Part shown: piece by piece, positions 1 through 8,778 of the stretch | Layout: each line of letters starts with the position of its first letter | Position numbering within the stretch: the first letter of the stretch is position 1 | Virus record (IMG/VR): IMGVR_UViG_3300031992_000019 | DNA length: 64,000 bases | Strand: one strand, 5' to 3' | Source of the DNA: a virus | Lineage: Duplodnaviria > Caudoviricetes | Notes under the pieces: model-generated | What the model was told of the DNA's origin: nothing | Databases searched by the model: none | Seen by the model: only the letters and a program-made list of their open reading frames with translations | Made by a program: the position numbers and the translations under genes

Positions 1-179
1 ATTACCGCAGGTTGCTTGTCGATGGGTGCATTGCTTTCTGGGTCAAACTCCGACCAACCAACAAGTGTATAGTCGAAATCGGGGTGTATTTTCTTCAACC
101 GCTCCAACGCAAGACATTGAGAGTCATAGCCTGCGAACGCCGTGAACACTCTTAAAGGGTTTTCCTTATTGTACTTCAT
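1..179 (-). CDS. DNA (cytosine-5) methyltransferase, N-terminal part (runs off window)
   Basis: Own translation MKYNKENPLRVFTAFAGYDSQCLALERL...LVGWSEFD: motif-I-like FAGYD and motif-II WSE.D; not in the ORF track. Confidence 0.75.
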   Translation of the reverse strand, partial: MKYNKENPLRVFTAFAGYDSQCLALERLKKIHPDFDYTLVGWSEFDPESNAPIDKQPAV

Positions 180-402
180 CTTTTTTCAGTTTGTAATTTG
201 CGAATCTAACTGGGTTGCCCGTAATTTTTGACTTTGACATCATCTCCTCGGTGTCGATGACATACCCCTCCTTTTTGAGAACATAGATGATGTGACTCAA
301 CCGAAAACATCCGTACTCTCTCAACGCATCAAGCGGGGTAATAGAGCCGTAGGCTTTAAGGTGGGCAAGCACCAGTTTCTTCTGGGTTAGTTTCTCTCTC
401 AT
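166..402 (-). CDS. Small winged-HTH phage protein
   Basis: TQKKLVLAHLKAYGSITPLDA...FRLSHIIYVLKKEGYVI pattern. Confidence 0.7.
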   Translation of the reverse strand: MREKLTQKKLVLAHLKAYGSITPLDALREYGCFRLSHIIYVLKKEGYVIDTEEMMSKSKITGNPVRFANYKLKKDEVQ

Positions 403-802
403 ATTTCTGGATAATCTCTAATGATTGCGTGTGAATCTTGTCGCAGTCCTCTCTAAAAGACCTATAATGCCTATACCGAAATAAAATGTGTTTGGTGAGG
501 TGGGAGATGTTGTTCTCGCTGACACCGAGAACCATAGCCAAGTCCTGCCTCAACCCCTTCCGCATCTTTCTCACGATGGAGGTGGGGTCAAACACATATA
601 AACTAACAAATAGGAAATACTCCCTCACCTTGGATTCGGTGAAGTTAAATTCCGCAGCCTTGGCTCGTGTGACGGCATAGATGACCTTTAACTTTTCAAG
701 TCCGTACTCGACATCCCCCTTGATTGAGTTCTGCTCTTTCCTTATCCGCACCTCCTCATCACGGAGATGCTCTATGCGGTCTATCTTACCTACATCAATC
801 AC
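356..802 (-). CDS. Hypothetical protein with C-terminal HTH-like segment
   Basis: LRQDLAMVLGVSENNISHL; overlaps both neighbours. Confidence 0.55.
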   Translation of the reverse strand: MIDVGKIDRIEHLRDEEVRIRKEQNSIKGDVEYGLEKLKVIYAVTRAKAAEFNFTESKVREYFLFVSLYVFDPTSIVRKMRKGLRQDLAMVLGVSENNISHLTKHILFRYRHYRSFREDCDKIHTQSLEIIQKYERETNPEETGACPP

Positions 803-1181
803 AAGGAACTAACTTGATGCCCAAGAAACTCATCAGCCTCTCTACCTTGTCTATGCTCATTCCTATCCTCCCGTGGAGGAAATTAGTTAGTGTGCAATAG
901 CCTATGTTAAGAGTCTTCGCGGTTTCACGGACATTGATTTTCTTTGACCTAATCTCCATCCAGCAGCTCTTCTGGATGGATAGCGGTGTGTCGGACTTGT
1001 AAGTCCCTACGGCTGACAACCCTACTACATCCAAACAACTCTGCGCCCTCTCAAACCATATCCCCTTGTGTCCGTTGAGGAAGGTGTTGATGGCGGTGTA
1101 TTCTATACCCGTGGTGTTGGATAGAGTCCTCTGGGTCATATTCAGGTCATACAGCCTCGATGAAATATTCTCTCTAATCAT
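795..1181 (-). CDS. Tandem Cro/XRE-type HTH regulator (two HTH units)
   Basis: MTQRTLSNTTGIEYTAINTFLNG and INVRETAKTLNIGYCTLTNFLHG; start placed at ATG 1181, just after a -7 box. Confidence 0.75.
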   Translation of the reverse strand: MIRENISSRLYDLNMTQRTLSNTTGIEYTAINTFLNGHKGIWFERAQSCLDVVGLSAVGTYKSDTPLSIQKSCWMEIRSKKINVRETAKTLNIGYCTLTNFLHGRIGMSIDKVERLMSFLGIKLVPCD

Positions 1182-1184
1182 GCT

Positions 1185-1216
1185 GCAAAGATACAACATT
1201 TTCCCAACATTTCCAA
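1185..1216 (-). promoter_or_regulatory. Bacteroidetes sigma-A promoter (TTGG...TATCTTTG), likely leaderless
   Basis: TATCTTTGCAGCATG: -7 box 4 nt before the ATG. Confidence 0.65.
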
Positions 1217-1280
1217 GACCTCATCCAATATTTTCACGATTTATAAACAATTTTTAACATTTAACCCAACATTTAACTCA

Positions 1281-1314
1281 AAAAAGGGGCACAATCCTCA
1301 CGGACTATGCCCCT
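1281..1314 (-). terminator. Rho-independent terminator with GUGA tetraloop
   Basis: AGGGGCATAGTCCGTGAGGATTGTGCCCCT followed by a T-run. Confidence 0.75.
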
Positions 1315-1445
1315 CCCAAGTAAAATCAAATTATCTGTTGCGTTTCTTCGCGTATTGGTTTCTATTTATACATATCGGTCTGCCTTCACGTATGCAATGC
1401 CAGCCGATACCCATCACTGGTGAGAACTCCCAAAATACGCAGTCC

Positions 1446-1637
1446 TCACACCTTCTTGTTTCGGGGTGCGAATCCTCCCTTATATTTGAGTCGTTCGGAA
1501 ACATGTCGCTTGTAGGTTCTTACGTGGTCGAAATCCAGATAGAACACCCCTTCCTCAACCCTTTGGTCAAGGAACTCATAGAAGATTTTCTTCGCAAGTT
1601 TCGTGGCATCTTCCCAGCCTTTATCGTAGTCGGTCAT
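1446..1637 (-). CDS. Hypothetical protein (63 aa)
   Basis: ATGA overlap with the VRR-NUC stop; MTDYDKGWEDA. Confidence 0.55.
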   Translation of the reverse strand: MTDYDKGWEDATKLAKKIFYEFLDQRVEEGVFYLDFDHVRTYKRHVSERLKYKGGFAPRNKKV

Positions 1638-2065
1638 TTGAATTGTCTTAATGGTAAGGACATATATGAATTTATCTCTCTCATGAACTCCTCTATCGTT
1701 CGGCACACGACATACTTGTTGCCCGCCCTCTCGCAGATTTCCTGCCACTCCTTCTGCACGGGTCTCTGGTAGCCGCCCCTCTGCTTCATCTCGATATACA
1801 AAGCACCATAGCCTCCCCTCGGGATGGCTAAACACAAGTCGGCGACACCAGCCACCACACCCTCGGCTTTCAGCTTACCAGCCGTGGCTTTCCCCCTGAA
1901 CCCTCCGTTGGGTATGGCGAACAACAATGAGGCATAATTCCTGTATTGAAGTCTAAACCACTTGACGCAGTTCACTTGTATGTTATGCTCCTCCTCTATC
2001 CTTTTCGGCGGTGTCTTGTCGCCCCTTATCAGTGCGCGGAGGAACTCATCGGTGACTTTCTGCAT
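1634..2065 (-). CDS. VRR-NUC domain nuclease
   Basis: EEHNIQ...FAIPNGG...EGVVAGVADL...LYIEMK...Q..W motifs. Confidence 0.85.
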   Translation of the reverse strand: MQKVTDEFLRALIRGDKTPPKRIEEEHNIQVNCVKWFRLQYRNYASLLFAIPNGGFRGKATAGKLKAEGVVAGVADLCLAIPRGGYGALYIEMKQRGGYQRPVQKEWQEICERAGNKYVVCRTIEEFMREINSYMSLPLRQFK

Positions 2066-2247
2066 AGCTGCTTGCGGTATTCATTCGCCCACTTCAAGGC
2101 TTCATTCTTGTCGGTCTCCTCATGGGCAGGAACCCACGACACCTCTTCCCTTCGGTAGATGATGTACTTCTTCACCTCCCCTTTCTGGAAATAGGTCACG
2201 AGAACATATCGGTTCTCATAAATTGTTGATTCGGTTGTCTTTTCCAT
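2029..2247 (-). CDS. Hypothetical protein
   Basis: ORF track; packed within the operon. Confidence 0.5.
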   Translation of the reverse strand: MEKTTESTIYENRYVLVTYFQKGEVKKYIIYRREEVSWVPAHEETDKNEALKWANEYRKQLCRKSPMSSSAH

Positions 2248-2696
2248 ATCTCGAACTTTGCTCCTTTCATTTCCTTTCCGTAGATGAGCCTTCCAGTAAC
2301 TTGCGGTATGAACGTATCGCAGTCATAGTCCCCCTCTACTCTTGTAATGTAAAACAGGTCGGCATACTCCCAAGCCGCCTCGTATATCTTCTGCCCGCCG
2401 ATGATGAAGATGTCCATATCGGGGAGAATGTTCTTCAACTCTGGGATGTTCTTCGGGTCTTTGCAGATGAAGTCCACGTCACTCGGCTTGAAATTGGGGT
2501 CTTTGGACACCACGATGTTTATCCTCCCCTTCAAGGCGTGCCCGATGGAGTCATAGGTCTTTCTCCCCATCACCACGGCATTGTTGAGGGTGTATTTCTT
2601 GAACTGCTTCAAGTCCTCGGGGAGATGCCAAGGTATCTTTCCGTCCTTGCCTATGCCGTTTCTCTCATCGGCGGCTGCTATTACAATTATCCGCAT
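2196..2696 (-). CDS. folA: Dihydrofolate reductase
   Basis: IGKDGKIPWHLPEDLKQFK, VVMGRKT, R.NIVVS, IIGG, DTFIP. Confidence 0.95.
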   Translation of the reverse strand: MRIIVIAAADERNGIGKDGKIPWHLPEDLKQFKKYTLNNAVVMGRKTYDSIGHALKGRINIVVSKDPNFKPSDVDFICKDPKNIPELKNILPDMDIFIIGGQKIYEAAWEYADLFYITRVEGDYDCDTFIPQVTGRLIYGKEMKGAKFEIWKRQPNQQFMRTDMFS

Positions 2697-2890
2697 GAAT
2701 TTCTGTATATATGTTCATCGCAACTCTCTATATATTTCTTTATCGGCTTGTCAAAGAGGGTGCATGTGTTTACTCTCCTATGCTTGCACACGTAGCACAT
2801 CGGGGTGAAGTCCTTGCAAATCATCTTGGACACCCGTCTATACTCGCACGTATTTTCGTGGAATCTCACGCAGTCAGAACACGTCTTCAT
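2687..2890 (-). CDS. Cys-rich microprotein
   Basis: Two CxxC...C...C units. Confidence 0.6.
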   Translation of the reverse strand: MKTCSDCVRFHENTCEYRRVSKMICKDFTPMCYVCKHRRVNTCTLFDKPIKKYIESCDEHIYRNSCG

Positions 2891-3060
2891 CCGAATAAGT
2901 TTAATTGTCGCTTGTCGGCATCCTTCTGCTCCTTTTCATTGAGGTATGCCTCAAGCCATTTCTTTTCTTTGTCAAGTTCGGCGGCATTGAGTCCCTTCGA
3001 CTCAAAGAACTGGTCGATAGTCCTCAACAACCGCCGCACTCTCTTTTCAAACTCGCTCAT
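2887..3060 (-). CDS. 57-aa protein ending in clamp-binding-like QLNLFG
   Basis: Own translation MSEFEKRVRR...DKRQLNLFG; 4-nt stop/start overlaps at both ends. Confidence 0.65.
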   Translation of the reverse strand: MSEFEKRVRRLLRTIDQFFESKGLNAAELDKEKKWLEAYLNEKEQKDADKRQLNLFG

Positions 3061-3503
3061 ATATATTCCTTGTTCGCCTCTATCACCTTCTCCGCGTGGA
3101 CAAGCATCTGCCTATCCTCTGGGGAGGGGAGATAAAGACCGAATTGGGAGGATGACCAGTTGCGGAATCGGTCAATAGCCGTGGTCAGTTCGGAGGTGGT
3201 CAGTTCGGCGGTGCTTCTCAAGTACCTCACCATCGTCCCGAACCTGTTGGTCTTGTACCTCACGAACAACTCTGGGTTGACCAGTGCCTTGAAGTAGTCG
3301 TTCTTCGCCTCTTCCACGCTCACCCCATACTCCGAACCGAAATACCCGAAAAGAAGATACATGTACCTATTCTGCGCCAAGGAGCGTTGCGGTGACTTTC
3401 TCGTTAGGGACACCACCTCGCCCTTGTCAAGCATCTCCTTAACCTTCTCTTGGAACTTCGCCCTATCGAAGGGGTTGTTCTTGCTCAAATCATAAATTGG
3501 CAT
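3057..3503 (-). CDS. NinB/YbcN-like recombination accessory protein
   Basis: RSLAQNRYMYL...LRSTAELTTSELTTAIDRFRNWS...LPSP. Confidence 0.7.
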   Translation of the reverse strand: MPIYDLSKNNPFDRAKFQEKVKEMLDKGEVVSLTRKSPQRSLAQNRYMYLLFGYFGSEYGVSVEEAKNDYFKALVNPELFVRYKTNRFGTMVRYLRSTAELTTSELTTAIDRFRNWSSSQFGLYLPSPEDRQMLVHAEKVIEANKEYI

Positions 3504-3658
3504 ACTCTATCTAAATTTTTTAACATCAAAATAAAAAAATCCCCTTGCGGTTCGCGCTACCGAACTCTTCGGCAACTCGGTGTGTAGGTGCTGCGTTGAC
3601 CTGTATTTACTTTGAGTTGTTTTGTCCTATTCGACATACGACACATCGGGGATGAATC

Positions 3659-4201
3659 TTAATACGGAGGATTGCCCGTGTTCTGCGGTGTCCACCCAGC
3701 ATTCGGATTCCACCCCGTGTTGGGATTCCATCCGTTTTGCGGAGGGAACTGGGGTTGCTGATACTGCGGGTTTGGCTGCTGCGTGTACTGCGGAGGATAT
3801 TGGGGCTGCGGAGCTTGGAACTGCGGTGCTTGCTGCTGCGGTAGCGGGTCTTGCGCATCCTTTCTGCGGCATAGGTTGACCTCTTCGGCAACAATGTCCG
3901 TGAACCTCTCCTTCCTGCCGTCCTTCTCAACCTCGGTGTACTTCAACGAACCCTCCACATAAACGGTGTCACCCTTGTGGATGAGGGATTCAACTATTTC
4001 TGCCAGTCCTCGCCAAGCCGTCACGCGGTGGAACTGGGTCTCCTCCTTGACGGGTGTGCCGTCCTTCTTTGTGTAACCCCCAGTGGAGGTGGCTACGGAG
4101 AACCGAACGACCTTGACATTCTCACTACCCATCTGGATAGTCTTGACCTCTGGGTCTTTTGCCACATTGCCCAAGAGGATGATTTTATTTACACTTTTCA
4201 T
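3659..4201 (-). CDS. ssb: Single-stranded DNA-binding protein
   Basis: SVNKIILLGNVAKDPE, FSVAT, ETQFHRVTAW, KGDTVYVEGSL; Q/P-rich tail. Confidence 0.95.
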   Translation of the reverse strand: MKSVNKIILLGNVAKDPEVKTIQMGSENVKVVRFSVATSTGGYTKKDGTPVKEETQFHRVTAWRGLAEIVESLIHKGDTVYVEGSLKYTEVEKDGRKERFTDIVAEEVNLCRRKDAQDPLPQQQAPQFQAPQPQYPPQYTQQPNPQYQQPQFPPQNGWNPNTGWNPNAGWTPQNTGNPPY

Positions 4202-5247
4202 AATTTACATTTTGCGGTGAAACTTCCATCGACCTGCGACTCCTTGTAGTAGGGAGTGAGGTCAATCTCGGGGTGCGCTGCCTTGAACGCATCCATATCG
4301 AAACTCTTCTTGGTGTAGGGAGTGCCTCGGGTGAAACTGAACTGCTCGGTAGTCCAGCTCTTGATGTTGAGCCTTTCCATCGCGTCCTTCATCTTGGCTA
4401 CCATCTCCTTTTTGGCTTGCTCGGCTTGCTGATAAAGGGAGAAGGTCTTGACGATGTAGTTCGTCATACCCTCGATTTCTGCGGGCATCGAATCCGCTTT
4501 CTTGACGGGGAGGTAGTCATCCCTATCCGACCTGCGCACCGAATAGTCAAACATCTTCTCGTTGCTGATTTCGGCTTTCAGTAACCTTTGCACCTCTTCT
4601 ACGGGAATCCTCTTTAATTCCTTGATGCAAGGTCTCTTCGTCTTTGTCCAGTATTTCGGGTCGGGCAACCAGATGACAAGGAGTTTCCGAACCTTGATTG
4701 TCGGGTTCATCTTCTCAAAGAAATAGGCATAGATGGAGTCTTGCCAAGTCACTTTCTTCAGCGCGGTTTCATCCAAGGAGGATATGCCCTTGATGTCGGC
4801 GATATCTACCTCGTTCTCGCCAGCCTTGAAGAGTTTGTCAATAGGTGAGGCGAAGTTTTCGTCATTGACTATATACTCGCTCTCGATGTACTCCATACCC
4901 TTTGTGAGGGTCTTGTACTCCAAGAGGTCGGAGATAGCCGACTTATACATACTCACCTTATCGTAGATTTCCGCGTATGGATAACCCTCCAACTCCAGAC
5001 TCTCTTCGTACCGCTTGACATCATTCTCATCGGGAACTGACCCGAAATTGTCAAATGTCTCGCAGAGGTCGTGAACCATAGACCCTCGCTGTGCCGCCCT
5101 CTCAAGGACGTAGGAGGGTATGCCGCTAAAAGCATCGGGCGCAATTTGATAACCAATCATCTTGGTAACGCCCGAAAGCAACACACCATCCAGAGTGTAG
5201 GTGTGCTGCTCGCGGTCATATATTACGGGAGATTTCGCCAGTTTCAT
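4198..5247 (-). CDS. PD-(D/E)XK exonuclease
   Basis: H.YTLDG.LLSGVT, RGSMVH, SEYIV, ASPID, IADIK; next to ERF. Confidence 0.75.
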   Translation of the reverse strand: MKLAKSPVIYDREQHTYTLDGVLLSGVTKMIGYQIAPDAFSGIPSYVLERAAQRGSMVHDLCETFDNFGSVPDENDVKRYEESLELEGYPYAEIYDKVSMYKSAISDLLEYKTLTKGMEYIESEYIVNDENFASPIDKLFKAGENEVDIADIKGISSLDETALKKVTWQDSIYAYFFEKMNPTIKVRKLLVIWLPDPKYWTKTKRPCIKELKRIPVEEVQRLLKAEISNEKMFDYSVRRSDRDDYLPVKKADSMPAEIEGMTNYIVKTFSLYQQAEQAKKEMVAKMKDAMERLNIKSWTTEQFSFTRGTPYTKKSFDMDAFKAAHPEIDLTPYYKESQVDGSFTAKCKL

Positions 5248-5801
5248 GATACCTGCTTGAATCGCTCATTAAGGGCATTGCGGAACGCATCGTTGGTCTT
5301 GTAGTCGGGGTTCGCGTTGTAGAGTGCCTTCAACTCGTCTTGGGTGTTACACTGGGCAACCTTCTCGACCAGAGCCTTGATGACAAGTTCGGCACTTTCT
5401 GCCGCCTTGCGTTCGTTGGCATTCTCTTCGGTGTCGGCATCCTTGGAATCGTCAATCGCGAACAATCCGTTCAGCGCATACTTTCGCGCATAACTGGATG
5501 TTGAACCAGTCACTTGTGAGCCGTCCATGCCCTTCTTGTCATCATCGTGGCGGGCAAACGCGGTGGCGGTCTCTTTTTCGCCCTCTTTGTTCGTGAGGAC
5601 ATAGGTAGCCTTGAGGAATACGTAATTGCCGACGAGGACAATATCGTCACTACCTACCAAGGTACACTCGTTCTCTTTGAGGAGCGGCTTGACTGCCTCA
5701 AGGATAGACTCGCACGAACGATACTTGTACTTACCGAAGTTGTTATACTTGTCCTTCGGTGCTTTCAGATACTGCTGAATGTTGAATAGTTCTTTCATCA
5801 T
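5244..5801 (-). CDS. erf: ERF-family single-strand annealing protein
   Basis: LKAPK...FGKYKYRSCE.IL, Q.TGSTSSYARKYALNGLFAIDDSKDAD. Confidence 0.92.
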   Translation of the reverse strand: MMKELFNIQQYLKAPKDKYNNFGKYKYRSCESILEAVKPLLKENECTLVGSDDIVLVGNYVFLKATYVLTNKEGEKETATAFARHDDDKKGMDGSQVTGSTSSYARKYALNGLFAIDDSKDADTEENANERKAAESAELVIKALVEKVAQCNTQDELKALYNANPDYKTNDAFRNALNERFKQVS

Positions 5802-5835
5802 AGTTTTAACCTCTAATTAAGTTGTCTAACTCACT

Positions 5836-5866
5836 TTAATAACGCACGAAAGTCAAAAAACTTTAC
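5836..5866 (-). promoter_or_regulatory. ECF-like promoter GTAAA-N17-CGTTATTA
   Basis: One of four copies with identical 17-nt spacing. Confidence 0.55.
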
Positions 5867-6077
5867 AGTGCGATAAAATTTCTTCGGCACGGAAACATCT
5901 TTTCGAGTTGGGAGCATCACCGCCCGTCTCGTGGAGTTTCCCCTCGGCAATAAGCTCATTCAACCTTCTTCGCCCGACAAACGATACCGACTGGCGATAG
6001 GAGAATGTTATCCCCCTATGTGAGAGCAGCCTCATCAGGTTGTCCCAAGCCTTCGCCTTTATCTCATTCTCGGACAT
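5853..6077 (-). CDS. Excisionase/Cox-like small DNA-binding protein
   Basis: First leftward gene of the switch; FSYRQSVSFVGRRRLNELIAEGKL winged-helix-like. Confidence 0.55.
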   Translation of the reverse strand: MSENEIKAKAWDNLMRLLSHRGITFSYRQSVSFVGRRRLNELIAEGKLHETGGDAPNSKRCFRAEEILSHCKVF

Positions 6078-6143
6078 TGTTAAATAAACCTAATTTTAAC
6101 CTTTCTTAAAACCGAAAATGTTGGATGGAATAATACATTTTAC

Positions 6144-6151
6144 TATATTTG
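6144..6151 (+). promoter_or_regulatory. -7 box (TATATTTG) of the repressor promoter
   Basis: Matches TAnnTTTG; TTGG at 6121. Confidence 0.55.
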
Positions 6152-6177
6152 CCACAGACATTTATCGGTTTCGCGGT

Positions 6178-6186
6178 GCAAAGATA
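6178..6186 (-). promoter_or_regulatory. -7 box (TATCTTTGC) of the leftward lytic promoter
   Basis: Matches TAnnTTTG upstream of the gene starting at 6077. Confidence 0.6.
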
Positions 6187-6271
6187 CGATAAATATCCGA
6201 TATATGCAATACCTGTGCAATAAAAATGAGATTCTTTCACAATATTTAACACTTAATACTATAATTGGACT

Positions 6272-6673
6272 ATGAATGAGACTATGACAACCCCGCAGAG
6301 CATCCTCCGAAGGATAGTGGATGAACTGCACATGAGCGTGCGAGCATTCGCGCTGGGAATGAATGAACCCTATTCCAAGATTTTTGATATCTACAACGGA
6401 CGGACGAAGGTGATAGTCCCCTCGGTACAGAGGTCTATCGTGGAGCATTACGGAGTGGATGCCAACTTCTTGAGGACGGGCAAGGGCGAGGTTTTTGCCA
6501 ACCAGAGCCAAGTGCCAACGACATCGGATGACCTGACGAACTCCTTCCTAAAGGTCATATCGGTATTGTCCGAGGAAAACGCAAGACTAAAGGCAAGAAT
6601 CGAGGAGCTTGAAAGGGAGAGGATTTCCGAATCCTTGCCCCATACACAAAACGGAGAGAACTCTTTGCGCTGA
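6272..6673 (+). CDS. Phage repressor-like XRE HTH with C-terminal coiled coil
   Basis: MSVRAFALGMN...IFDIYNGR...YGVDANFLRTGKGEVF; upstream of the integrase. Confidence 0.8.
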   Translation: MNETMTTPQSILRRIVDELHMSVRAFALGMNEPYSKIFDIYNGRTKVIVPSVQRSIVEHYGVDANFLRTGKGEVFANQSQVPTTSDDLTNSFLKVISVLSEENARLKARIEELERERISESLPHTQNGENSLR

Positions 6674-6837
6674 TATTTAGAAACTTACGGGGAGTAATTG
6701 CAAAAAAACACGATTTTTGCACTCGAAAGCCGAAAAACGTGTCTGGATGGCGTGTAATTGGGATTTCCACATTACCTCCGACACACTTTTAGGTGCAGAA
6801 TCCTTGTACGATGTGCAAAATTATTTCCGAATCCTTG
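6623..6837. other. Candidate attP with arm-type repeats
   Basis: ATTTCCGAATCCTTG at 6623 and 6823, partial copy GAATCCTTGTA at 6798, just upstream of the integrase. Confidence 0.5.
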
Positions 6838-6838
6838 T

Positions 6839-8074
6839 ATGAAGCAGATATCCATCTACCCAGTTATCGTAAAGAGCAAAGTCCTCAATGACGGAACGCA
6901 TAGGATAAGAATCGCGGTGTCCCACAACAACGCAACAAGATACCTCCTTACCCGTTTCGTTATCCCCTCCCCCAACAACCTAAAGAGAGGCGAGGTGTGC
7001 GGTGTGCCCAACTCAAACGTGATAAACAGGAGTTTGCGGAAACGGATAGACGAACTCTATTTATTATATGACACCATACCCCACGGGGAGATATTGTCTT
7101 GTTCGCAGATTATCGAGATATTCAAGGACGGGGGTCTGGAACAACCCACCACGATAAAAGAGATACTTGACGAATGGGTGTCCTCAAAGCCTAACATCAA
7201 GGAATCCTCCGCGAACCTATACAGAAAGGGGATAAGCTACTTTATGGACTATATGGGCGAGGACTATGTTCTTTCCCGACTCACTCCCTCGGTAATCAAC
7301 GGGTATATAAGGCATCTAAAAAAGACCCTCAACCCCACCACGATAACGATGAAGATAAGCAACCTTCACTCCTTGGTCAACTTCGCGGTGCAGAGGGGAT
7401 TCGTGAAATTCAACATCGACCCGTTTATTGATTATCGCAAACTCCCCTCCATAATAAGGGACGTGGCACTTACTGTCTCCCAGTTAAGAAAGATAAGGGA
7501 CGCGGAGATTGATTCAATACCGATGAGAGCCGCGAGGGACTACTTTATGTTATCCTTCTATTTGTGTGGTATGAACTACGCAGATTATTCTACTCTTGAC
7601 TTGACGAAGGATATAATAAGGTTCAAGAGGAAGAAGACCGAAAACCGAAGGGAGGAGTACACGGCTTTCACTATGCCCAAGGAGGCAAGGGCGATAGCGG
7701 ATAAATCTCTGGATAGAAACCGAATCGTCTTGGGTATGAGGTACACCCCGTCCTCCCTACATTCCATCTTCTACCTCCAACTTCCCAAATTGAGGGATAT
7801 GGTCATCCCCGACTGCGAAAGGCTCATTATGTACTCCGCTCGAAAGACGTTTGCCCAGATATGTGCCGAACTCGGTGTCAGCGATGCGATAATCGAATAC
7901 TGCTTGGGTGATGCCTCTTCGAGGTCAAAGGCGATAACTTATTATAGGAAGGTCACTATGGAGATGGCAGATAGGGAGATTAGGAGGGTATTGGATTTCG
8001 TGGCTTCGGACTTGAGTGTCGAAGAATACCTAAAAGGCGCATCCGCCGAAGAATCACTCCCCAACGGATGCTGA
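6839..8074 (+). CDS. int: Tyrosine integrase (Bacteroidetes type: arm-binding, SAM-like and catalytic domains)
   Basis: DGTHRIRIAVSHN arm domain; FMLSFYLCGMN, RKKT, YSARKTFA, C-terminal Tyr. Confidence 0.9.
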   Translation: MKQISIYPVIVKSKVLNDGTHRIRIAVSHNNATRYLLTRFVIPSPNNLKRGEVCGVPNSNVINRSLRKRIDELYLLYDTIPHGEILSCSQIIEIFKDGGLEQPTTIKEILDEWVSSKPNIKESSANLYRKGISYFMDYMGEDYVLSRLTPSVINGYIRHLKKTLNPTTITMKISNLHSLVNFAVQRGFVKFNIDPFIDYRKLPSIIRDVALTVSQLRKIRDAEIDSIPMRAARDYFMLSFYLCGMNYADYSTLDLTKDIIRFKRKKTENRREEYTAFTMPKEARAIADKSLDRNRIVLGMRYTPSSLHSIFYLQLPKLRDMVIPDCERLIMYSARKTFAQICAELGVSDAIIEYCLGDASSRSKAITYYRKVTMEMADREIRRVLDFVASDLSVEEYLKGASAEESLPNGC

Positions 8075-8148
8075 ATGTTGCTCTCTGTCTTATCCTGCTC
8101 GGTGCAAAGATATACAATATTATCCCTCTACGCGCATTTTGAGGGGTA

Positions 8149-8174
8149 TTCATTGCACTTTTATTTATTGTGCG
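8149..8174. repeat. Left copy of a 26-bp perfect inverted repeat (holds a GCAC-N11-GTGC operator)
   Basis: TTCATTGCACTTTTATTTATTGTGCG; reverse complement at 9254-9279. Confidence 0.9.
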
Positions 8175-8256
8175 GACATACCCCCCCCTAATGATTGAAA
8201 TAAGGGATTTTAGGCTATCTTTGCAGCGAAAAAGTTTAACTTAAATATAAAAGGAT

Positions 8257-8724
8257 ATGCCACAAAGACGAAATCGAAATTTTGAAATTAGGCCAAACGA
8301 AAGGTCAAGGAGGGGCCGAGCAGCCTTTTTACGTCAAATTCGCAAATGGCGCGGCACTCCAAAATCCATCAACGACCTCGACTCTCAAGGTAATAGGATT
8401 GCGAATGAAATCAAAGCAGCCTACGACAAGGCGAAGTCGGAGGGGAACAAGGCTCGTATGAAGCAACTTCACAAGAGGCTTATTGGTGTCTATAAGTCTT
8501 GGGACAGATATGCGATGAACACTCGAGGTTATCTGAAGAATAGGATGCGAGACACCACAGGATTAAGCTCTTTTCCTCTTACCAAGGAAGACCGCACCGA
8601 CAACAACAATGCCGCAAAGTGGCTTGGCAAGGGTTTCGCACGTGAGCTTCGGAATGAAGGTATTAGAGCCGCGAAACAAGATGCAGCGAATCTCCTCGGA
8701 GCGAAAGTGTTGAACGAAGGATAA
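8257..8724 (+). CDS. Highly basic Arg/Lys-rich protein
   Basis: Own promoter (TATCTTTG at 8216), A-rich leader, terminator downstream. Confidence 0.75.
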   Translation: MPQRRNRNFEIRPNERSRRGRAAFLRQIRKWRGTPKSINDLDSQGNRIANEIKAAYDKAKSEGNKARMKQLHKRLIGVYKSWDRYAMNTRGYLKNRMRDTTGLSSFPLTKEDRTDNNNAAKWLGKGFARELRNEGIRAAKQDAANLLGAKVLNEG

Positions 8725-8730
8725 CCCTCC

Positions 8731-8778
8731 AACAACAATACACCCTCCCACTTTATCGGTGAGAGGGTGTTTGTTTTT
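8731..8778. terminator. Bidirectional terminator
   Basis: ACACCCTC...GAGGGTGT hairpin with A/T tails between convergent genes. Confidence 0.7.
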
